Under the pieces are notes generated by a model. The model had not been told where the DNA came from. It saw only the letters and a program-made list of their open reading frames with translations, and did no database searches. Made by a program: the position numbers and the translations under genes. From Octopus bimaculoides (Eukaryota), in contig NC_068996.1 in assembly GCF_001194135.2 (NCBI RefSeq), positions 49,429,399-49,472,511 on the forward strand: a DNA stretch of 43,113 nucleotides, given 5' to 3'. Shown piece after piece: positions 34,398-43,113 of this stretch. Position 1 is the first letter of the stretch. Each line of letters begins with the position of its first letter.

Positions 34398-34703
34398 GTT
34401 GGAACAATATTGTGGTAAACTGTGTACTAAAGTTGTATGTTAAGTGTTGAGAAAAACTAGTTATGCTTTGATGATGGTGGTGGAGTGATGGCAGTGATGA
34501 GTGTGTGTGTGTGTAAAACAGAATGATGCATCTTGAAAGCCACAAGTATGATAGCAGCAACCAGCAACGGTCAGCCAACTGTGTGCTAACACCATATTAG
34601 TTCCCTGTGTGTGGTTTCACTTCTAAAGCACAAAGATTGTTGAAATGCAGAATATCCATTGATGACATCCTTGCTGAAGTAGGCATAGCTCATTGTGATG
34701 CAC

Positions 34704-34712
34704 TGTTGCAAA

Positions 34713-34752
<40 letters not shown>

Positions 34753-34898
34753 TAATAATAATAGTGATAATAATAATAGTAATAATAATAATAATAATAA
34801 TGATAATAATAATAATAATAATGATAATAATAATAGTGATAATAATAATAGTAATAATAATAATAATAATAATGATAATAATAATAATAATAATAATG

Positions 34899-34950
<52 letters not shown>

Positions 34951-34960
34951 TGATGATGAT
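34704..34960. repeat. (AAT)n microsatellite with GAT/AGT interruptions and a 72-bp higher-order duplication
   Basis: The pattern DNNNSDNNNSNNNNNNND in ORF 34607 occurs twice, 24 codons apart. Confidence 0.9.
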
Positions 34961-35327
34961 AAAATAAAAATTAATTTTTTTTTTTTAATTCTTACAAAGA
35001 ATAGATGTTATAAAGGACTTCTTACAGAATTCTTGCTACTTGTTAGAATTCAATGAAAAACTACCAACAACAGAAACATCATGACAAAGATGATGACCTT
35101 ATTAAGTAGGATCACCTTCAATTTTCAGATGGCCACCATCTGTGGAAGTGCTTCATGTAGTAAACACCTGGATTATATATCCTAACTTACTTGCTATGTA
35201 TGTATATGTATACATACTGCTATCAATATATTTAGTTGGATAAGAGAATTGGTGGTAGACTTTTTTTTCTTTTTTTTTTTTCAAATTCTCAAAAGATATC
35301 CAAATATGAATTTAATTTTGGCAGATA

Positions 35328-35404
35328 ATCTTACTCTCAAAGCAACTACATAGAAAGCCAGCCGGGGTATCTTACTCTCAAAGCAGCTACATAGAAAGCC
35401 AGCC
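35328..35404. repeat. 36-bp direct repeat with a 5-nt spacer
   Basis: atcttactctcaaagca(a/g)ctacatagaaagccagcc occurs twice. Confidence 0.95.
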
Positions 35405-36400
35405 ATGTTTGAAAACTGGTTCATAAGTAATATTGAAGTGGGAAGGACATGTGCAGTATCAGCATGTTGCTATATCAGCATGTTGCTGTATCCACCATTT
35501 GTTGGTGATTCCATACTCCTGGTGGATGACACTTTTCTACCACTCAGGTAGCAACCCTCCAATCCATAGGTCTGTTTGGGTAGTTGTTGGTGTGGGTTTT
35601 ATAAAGTCTGCATGCAAATTCTACCTCAACCACTTTTAGTTACTTTTTACAACCCACAGATGAAACGTTGAGTCTATTTTTTGACATGCTGGCCCCTACA
35701 CAGCACTGCCAGTCCTCCACACAACACTGCCAGTCTCCACACCACTACTAGTGCCAACACCCAGCACCACCAGTCCACCACGCACCATTGCCAGTCCCCA
35801 CACTGCATGACAAATACTGATTACACATAATTTTAGACCACTATTGGGTTAGCAACTCTCTACCATTTGTTTGGTCTAAGCATATTCCTCGACAGCCATT
35901 TATTTAATTCTCATTCATTTCTAAACTGACTGCTTTGTCTTCTGAGAAAGCATTTTCAATAAAATACCTCCTCTGCAGCAGCTAAAGCACAAAGAAACAT
36001 CATTGAGATTTAATGACTTTATTAGTTCACAGGAAAATCTTTGTGTGTAGTTTATGTTACTGTTAATATCTTACATAACCGGTTTTTTGTTAATTCAAAC
36101 TCGTAATTTAATATTGAAGATAAAAAAAGAAAGTACATAGAATGAATGGATAATTAATCAAATGTAAACTTTTTACTGCAGTTTTAGTGATAAAGCAATT
36201 TATTAATATAGATCTTAAAAGTTTGTTTGCTTATTCATTTACAACTTTGCTGTTCAGTGAGGTTTCCATTGATCAAGTGATGTAGTGTGTTGTCTGCTCA
36301 GTGTGTTGTCATGTTTATTTATTGAACACATCATTTTCTGTTGACATTGACAATATTTCCTCAGGCTTTTGATGCAGTTATATATATATATATATATATA

Positions 36401-37289
36401 CTAGCAGAAATACCCGGCTTTGCCCGGGTTAAAGAGAATAATGAAATCTAAAAACGCCGTCTAGACTACGCAACCCTCAACTGTTAGTAGCTACGATACC
36501 ATATTTCTACATTAATAACTCTCCAATCCATGCCAGCATGGAACATAGACATTAAGTGGAATGCCAGTCTCTCATCTAGGAGGGCCTTGAAATCAATGTT
36601 ACCAACTGGGGACTATGTGTGTCGTAGTGATAATAAAAAGACCCAAAGGATGTCTGCAATGAAATAATTTTACTCAACACTTTGCAAGTGAATCNNNNNN
36701 NNNNNNNNNNNNNNNNNNNNNNNNNNNNNNNNNNNNNNNNNNNNNNNNNNNNNNNNNNNNNNNNNNNNNNNNNNNNNNNNNNNNNNNNNNNNNNNNNNNN
36801 NNNNNNNNNNNNNNNNNNNNNNNNNNNNNNNNNNNNNNNNNNNNNNNNNNNNNNNNNNNNNNNNNNNNNNNNNNNNNNNNNNNNNNNNNNNNNNNNNNNN
36901 NNNNNNNNNNNNNNNNNNNNNNNNNNNNNNNNNNNNNNNNNNNNNNNNNNNNNNNNNNNNNNNNNNNNNNNNNNNNNNNNNNNNNNNNNNNNNNNNNNNN
37001 NNNNNNNNNNNNNNNNNNNNNNNNNNNNNNNNNNNNNNNNNNNNNNNNNNNNNNNNNNNNNNNNNNNNNNNNNNNNNNNNNNNNNNNNNNNNNNNNNNNN
37101 NNNNNNNNNNNNNNNNNNNNNNNNNNNNNNNNNNNNNNNNNNNNNNNNNNNNNNNNNNNNNNNNNNNNNNNNNNNNNNNNNNNNNNNNNNNNNNNNNNNN
37201 NNNNNNNNNNNNNNNNNNNNNNNNNNNNNNNNNNNNNNNNNNNNNNNNNNNNNNNNNNNNNNNNNNNNNNNNNNNNNNNNNNNNNNNNN

Positions 37290-37362
<73 letters not shown>

Positions 37363-37365
37363 CTA

Positions 37366-37408
<43 letters not shown>

Positions 37409-37698
37409 AATGTGATTGTTTCAGCTAGCAGAATAGTTTCGTTTTTTAACTGGAAGTATTTGACATGAGTGTTTTTGTTTCACTTTTGACACATAATACT
37501 TAAATAGTGGAGGAGATATTATATTGCTGTAGGCTCGAACTCTGCAAGAAGTTAAAAAATTTTTTGACTAAAAACACAACTGGAACCCTAAGTAAGGCAT
37601 CTGTAAAATTTGAGTGAGATTGGTTGCGTAGTTCTCGAGTTTTAGGGATTCACACACACAGACAGACAGACACACATTCTCATTTTTATATATACAGA
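36401..37698 (-). mobile_element. Non-autonomous Helitron-type element spanning an assembly gap
   Basis: Minus strand 5' A^TCTGTATATATAAAAATGAG at 37698. The 3' hairpin cccgggcaaagccggg is followed by CTAG^T at 36401. Inserted in (TA)n. Confidence 0.7.
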
Positions 37699-38548
37699 TA
37701 TATATATATATATATATCATCATCATCATCATCATATGTATATATTGTATATTCATATTATGACAGAAGAATGGGCAAGGAGTGTTCAGTACATTTTTAA
37801 GAGGATATAGTGTTTTCCCATTGGAACTACAAATGAGTTTTGTTTCACACTATTGCAATCTTCAACCAAGTATTCACGCCTGAAGATCACAGTGGCATGA
37901 AACTCAAGTCAAAAGTCAAATACTCAGTTTCAGTTTCAGTAATAAAACTATGATAAAACTACAAGTAAGAGATATCATAATCTACCCGTCTTCAAAAATA
38001 GAAAGCCAGCTGATGACCTGTTGACAGGCAAAGTGAGATGAATGCCAACACTTATAGCTGACTGAATTTTCAGAGGAAGTGCCGATGTAAATAAACAAAA
38101 CCATGTGTGCACACATACCACACAGATATGCATACACATAGACAACAGGCTTCTTACAGTTTCCCTCAACTGAATTCACTCACATGGCTTTGGTTAGCTC
38201 AAGGCTTACATTAAAAGACTCTTGCCCAAAGCAGATATCGTTCTTGAGTCAAATAGTCATAAGGCCAGTTTCCTAGTTTCTATGGTGCGTATATTCTCTC
38301 CTCACCCCGTTGATGAGACACCATTCCATTGCAGGATTACTTATTTTTGCCAGCTGAGTGAACTGGAGAAACATGAAAGCAAGTGTCTTGCTCAAGAATT
38401 GAAACCACAGTCTTACAATCCTGAGTCCACTGCCTTCACCACTAAATCATGCACCTCTACAAGGTGTCATGAAGTGGAAATGAACCTGAGACCATGTGGT
38501 TGGGAAATTCTTTATTACACACACACACACACATCCATGCCTCCACCA

Positions 38549-38586
<38 letters not shown>

Positions 38587-38589
38587 CAG

Positions 38590-38815
38590 ATACCGGTGTT
38601 ACATAAATGGCACCTGTGTCAGTGGCATTTAAAAGCACACATTACACTCTCAGAGTGGTTGGCATTAGGAAGGGCATCCAGTCATAGAAAACCATGCTAA
38701 ATCAGACTGGAGTCTGGCACAGCCTCCCAGCTTACCAGCCCTGGTCAAACCATCCAACCCATGCCAGCATGGACAACAGACGTTAAATAATGATGATGAT
38801 GATGATGATGATGAT
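38590..38815 (+). mobile_element. SINE family C
   Basis: ...ccaacccatgccagcatggacaacagacgttaaataatgatgatgat. Confidence 0.85.
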
Positions 38816-39932
38816 NNNNNNNNNNNNNNNNNNNNNNNNNNNNNNNNNNNNNNNNNNNNNNNNNNNNNNNNNNNNNNNNNNNNNNNNNNNNNNNNNNNNN
38901 NNNNNNNNNNNNNNNNNNNNNNNNNNNNNNNNNNTATATATGAGAAATGGCTCTGACGAAAGTATCATTAATTTTCTTAAGTCATTCAGTTTACCTCAGT
39001 TGATCAATAGACCACTTGAGTAAACCTATCAGTAATGTACCTATAATGACTACTGGAAACGGCTGTAAGCCAAATTTGTTCCAGTAAAGGAATTATATGT
39101 AATGACCATTATTTTCAACTTGTTTCTTATATCTCACTCTGTAAAAACCAGTTTATATGACGTCCATCCATGGATTTACCATATAGAATTATGATGAACC
39201 ATAAACTGGAACCCTACCGAAAGATCACCTGGAGTTTTTCACTAATCTAAGTAATATCGTTAGCCTGGTGTGCACATGGATTATCAATCTGGGCAAAAAT
39301 ACTTCATAATCTCTCACTATTTGTTCTGTTGTGTGTGTGTGTGTGCACGCGCCTGATCCTAATCATATTGTTTAAACTTTTAAACATTCATTATAATAAT
39401 TCCAGTAACCAAATGGAAGTAAAAAATCACAAACAATTCTTAATTTCGTTTTTTTTCTTTTTTTTTTTTTTCCCAAGTTAAAAGCAAAGGCACCATAAAA
39501 CATAAAATTTTTGTTTAGCAACATTTACAGGTGAATAAATAAAGAATAAATGAACATTTTTGAAAAGATATATTTATGAATATGCATGTACACTGAAAAT
39601 GAATGGAGAGGTGATAATTCAGCAATTGGATATGTATCATTATCAATTTTTTTTTTTATTGCTTTTGCTTTTGTTTTTTAACTTTTAATTGAACAAAGAC
39701 TAAACAACTGATTGTCAACGGCATAAACATTTAATGGATCTTTCTGTGATTAAAAGCAGTCATTAAAACCTGAAGGGAAAATTGATTATTCAATGTATTA
39801 TTTTGTTCAAAATTATTATTCACAGTGTTTGTCTGTGTGTATGCTAACATATACATATATATATATATATATACTGATATATACATACGTACTTATACAT
39901 ATACTGACATATACATATGTATATGCTGATGT

Positions 39933-39971
<39 letters not shown>

Positions 39972-40196
39972 CACACACTTTGATATTTGTAGATATATAT
40001 ACATAAATAAATTCAAACTGCACTAAACACTCTCATAAACATAAACATTTATTGGATAACAAATACATTGAAATGAGATTTTCACTTGCTTTCCTTGTTT
40101 TCTATCTCTCTTTCTCCATTCTCTCTCTCTCTCTCTCTCTCTCCCTCCTCTGTTCTTCACTCTGTTCTTTCTCTGTTTCTCTCCTGTCTGAGTCCC

Positions 40197-40254
<58 letters not shown>

Positions 40255-40457
40255 CTCAATTGCAGTATACATAACACTATCACCTTTACATACTTTCATT
40301 CCCCCTCTCACTTCCTCATTCTCCAATTTTTACCATTGCTGAACTTACACTCATACATCTAATGTCCACATGCCTGATGATTTTTTCTTGTAATATGGTA
40401 AATAAATAGAAGCTTTTAGAAATAACCATTGAAATAAATGTCATGTAAATAAATATA

Positions 40458-40778
40458 CAACCATACCTCAACTGACATCAGTAATTCATTCCAAGATGTG
40501 ACTTAACTACAAAAACAATGTAATGTTTTTAAAAATTCATCAATTTATATCCATTTTAATATATGATTTTGTGCATATTTTCGCATGAATATTATTTGGT
40601 TTCTCGCTTTAGTATTAGAGTTTAAATGTTCTTTTAGTTATGAATGCTTTTAAATGTGTTTGCTGAGATCAAACATAAAGTCGGATAAATTGACTGATGT
40701 TGTGGTTCATTTTAAAGAAAATAACAACATAAGCTGAATAAGGCAAAACTCAAAGTGACGCAAGTTGAAGTATGTTTG
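40458..40778. mobile_element. pogo/Tigger-like MITE
   Basis: TA-caaccatacctcaactgacatc ... gacgcaagttgaagtatgtttg-TA. Confidence 0.6.
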
Positions 40779-40924
40779 TATATATATTTTACAATGAGAA
40801 AAAGGAAAATTATCAATATTCCAGATACAGATTATATTTTTTTCAAGACAAAGAGAGATTTCTCAGAAAGAAGCAACATTCCTTTTGTGTTTTATAAGAT
40901 TCATGCATGAATAAAATGTATGTA

Positions 40925-41576
40925 CAGTGGTTAGACAAAATAATGGAAACACCTTAAAATTTCAAACAAATTTATTTTGATATGGGGTAGGACCACCTTT
41001 GGCAGTAATTACAGCTTGAATTCTATGAGTTATGGACTTGTACAAAGTTTGAATTGTTTCTAAAAGAATTTTTGTCCATTCTTCAGCTAAAACAGTTTCC
41101 TTTTCTAGTAGTGATGATGGTGGAGGATATCAACTCCTTACTTGTTTTTCTAAAATGAATCATAAATGTTCAATAATATTGAGATCTGGGGAATGTGGTG
41201 GCCAGATAAGATGTTCAACTTCACTAGATTGTTCCTCGTGCCATTCAGTAAAACTTTAGCTGTTTGAATTGGTACATTATCATCCTGAAAGATTGCGTTT
41301 TCCTCCAGAAACAGTTCCGCAACCATAGGATGAATTTGATCAGATAAAATGCTTAAATAGTCTTGACTATTAATTCTGCCATGAAGGGAAACCATTGGGC
41401 CAGCGGATTTCCAAGATATAGACCCCAAGAGCATCACTGATCCTCCTCCATGTTTAACAGTTGGAAGAAAGCAGTCTGGGTCAATTACTTCTTTTGGCTG
41501 TCTCCACATATATACTCAGTCAGTCATCGGAAATAAGGTAAAGGATGACTCATCTGAGAAAATAACATTCTTCCAC
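40925..41576 (-). mobile_element. Tc1-family (DD34E) transposon pseudogene with one TIR
   Basis: TA-cagtggttagacaaaataatggaaacacc terminus. Minus strand WKNVIFSDESSF, TVKHGGGSVM, IFQDDN, and frameshifted SPDLNIIEHL*. One in-frame stop before MWRQ. Confidence 0.9.
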
Positions 41577-41586
41577 NNNNNNNNNN

Positions 41587-41774
41587 AATTCTGCCATGAA
41601 GGGAAACCATTGGGCCAGCGGATTTCCAAGATATAGACCCCAAGAGCATCACTGATCCTCCTCCATGTTTAACAGTTGGAAGAAAGCAGTCTGGGTCAAT
41701 TACTTCTTTTGGCTGTCTCCACATATATACTCAGTCAGTCATCGGAAATAAGGTAAAGGATGACTCATCTGAGA
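41587..41774 (-). other. Apparently exact duplicate of 41372-41559 across a 10-N gap (probable assembly artefact)
   Basis: Same 188-bp sequence on both sides of gap 41577-41586. Confidence 0.75.
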
Positions 41775-42387
41775 NNNNNNNNNNNNNNNNNNNNNNNNNN
41801 NNNNNNNNNNNNNNNNNNNNNNNNNNNNNNNNNNNNNNNNNNNNNNNNNNNNNNNNNNNNNNNNNNNNNNNNNNNNNNNNNNNNNNNNNNNNNNNNNNNN
41901 NNNNNNNNNNNNNNNNNNNNNNNNNNNNNNNNNNNNNNNNNNNNNNNNNNNNNNNNNNNNNNNNNNNNNNNNNNNNNNNNNNNNNNNNNNNNNNNNNNNN
42001 NNNNNNNNNNNNNNNNNNNNNNNNNNNNNNNNNNNNNNNNNNNNNNNNNNNNNNNNNNNNNNNNNNNNNNNNNNNNNNNNNNNNNNNNNNNNNNNNNNNN
42101 NNNNNNNNNNNNNNNNNNNNNNNNNNNNNNNNNNNNNNNNNNNNNNNNNNNNNNNNNNNNNNNNNNNNNNNNNNNNNNNNNNNNNNNNNNNNNNNNNNNN
42201 NNNNNNNNNNNNNNNNNNNNNNNNNNNNNNNNNNNNNNNNNNNNNNNNNNNNNNNNNNNNNNNNNNNNNNNNNNNNNNNNNNNNNNNNNNNNNNNNNNNN
42301 NNNNNNNNNNNNNNNNNNNNNNNNNNNNNNNNNNNNNNNNNNNNNNNNNNNNNNNNNNNNNNNNNNNNNNNNNNNNNNNNNNNNNNN

Positions 42388-42438
<51 letters not shown>

Positions 42439-42469
42439 TGTGTGTATGTGTGTGTAAATAGTATGTATG

Positions 42470-42790
42470 CTTGGATGAGGTCAAGATGGTGAAATAGGAT
42501 GAGTGCCTCAAGGGAAGGAGCTAAAGGTAACAGGTAAGAATTAGGGGGGAAATGTAAACTTGTTGTTGATACCAAGGGGAGAGGACATGCCTAGTTGGAA
42601 AAAACACTACTATTAACATAGCAGCTTTATGAAAGGTGATTCATGGTGTTGGAGTAAACTAAAGGCAGAAAAGTTGTGGTGACGGATGCAGCGTTGACGG
42701 CCTGTAGAATAGAAATGTCAAGTGACTGGTTTATGGAGCCCAGAGTGCTATAATCTATGTCAAAGCTTTCTGAAACAATCTGCTAAGTGT
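42470..42790 (-). mobile_element. Possible very old CR1/L2-type RT fragment
   Basis: Minus strand aaagctttgacatagattatagcactctgggctccataaa resembles KAFDRVWHSGLLHK, with indels. Confidence 0.3.
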
Positions 42791-43113
42791 TAACCCATTT
42801 CACCTATGCAGTGCTGCCATTTGTGACTGTGCGTGCATGTGTGTGTGTGTGTATCTGTGTCTGTGTGTGAGTTTATAGAGATCATGTAGATTTTGGTCAT
42901 TACCTCGTTAGCATGCAGCATACAATTAACTAGCATTGAACAGACAAAGGAATATTAATAAATCAATAAATTTATTCATCAATGTATAAAACTCGCTTCT
43001 TCCAGTTATATTAATTTGAAATAATTTTGATGAGATGACAAAACTCCAGTTCCAGTAGCAACACATGTTGCATATAGTATGCAGTGTGTGTGTGTGTATT
43101 TATTTATATATAT

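Noticed and set aside
34607-35056. 149-aa poly-Asn ORF as another exon
   Set aside because: Openness is due to (AAT)n. The start is GTG, there are no convincing splice sites, and the flanking peptide is unrecognisable.
38008-38040. Hammerhead-like CTGATGA-cctg-ttga-cagg-CAAAG
   Set aside because: It lacks GAAA and a cleavage triplet with stems I and III.

Overview
AT-rich animal genomic DNA, very probably an octopod cephalopod (Octopus-type repeat landscape; inferred from repeat families, not from a search). It contains the start of one + strand protein-coding gene that I cannot name: a large first coding exon (ATG 3226 to donor at 4282) encoding a low-complexity poly-N/Q/A/S region, and a phase-compatible second exon starting at 9749. 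The rest is intron-like DNA filled with SINEs, microsatellites and dead transposons: RTE LINE, R4/Dong-type LINE, mariner, Tc1, hAT, pogo- and piggyBac-type MITEs, a Helitron-type element and Penelope-like fragments. There are five N gaps. The most interesting signals are structural: several unrelated fold-back hairpins (largest about 440 bp at 15915-16355), a Penelope-type minimal hammerhead ribozyme motif in the sense strand of an intron, two uORFs before the main ATG, a Helitron with subterminal inverted repeats, and nested insertions with intact target-site duplications. I see no CRISPR array, rRNA or true tRNA gene, and no direct evidence for a new multi-gene system. Repeat coordinates are by eye (about +/-10 nt unless termini are quoted).
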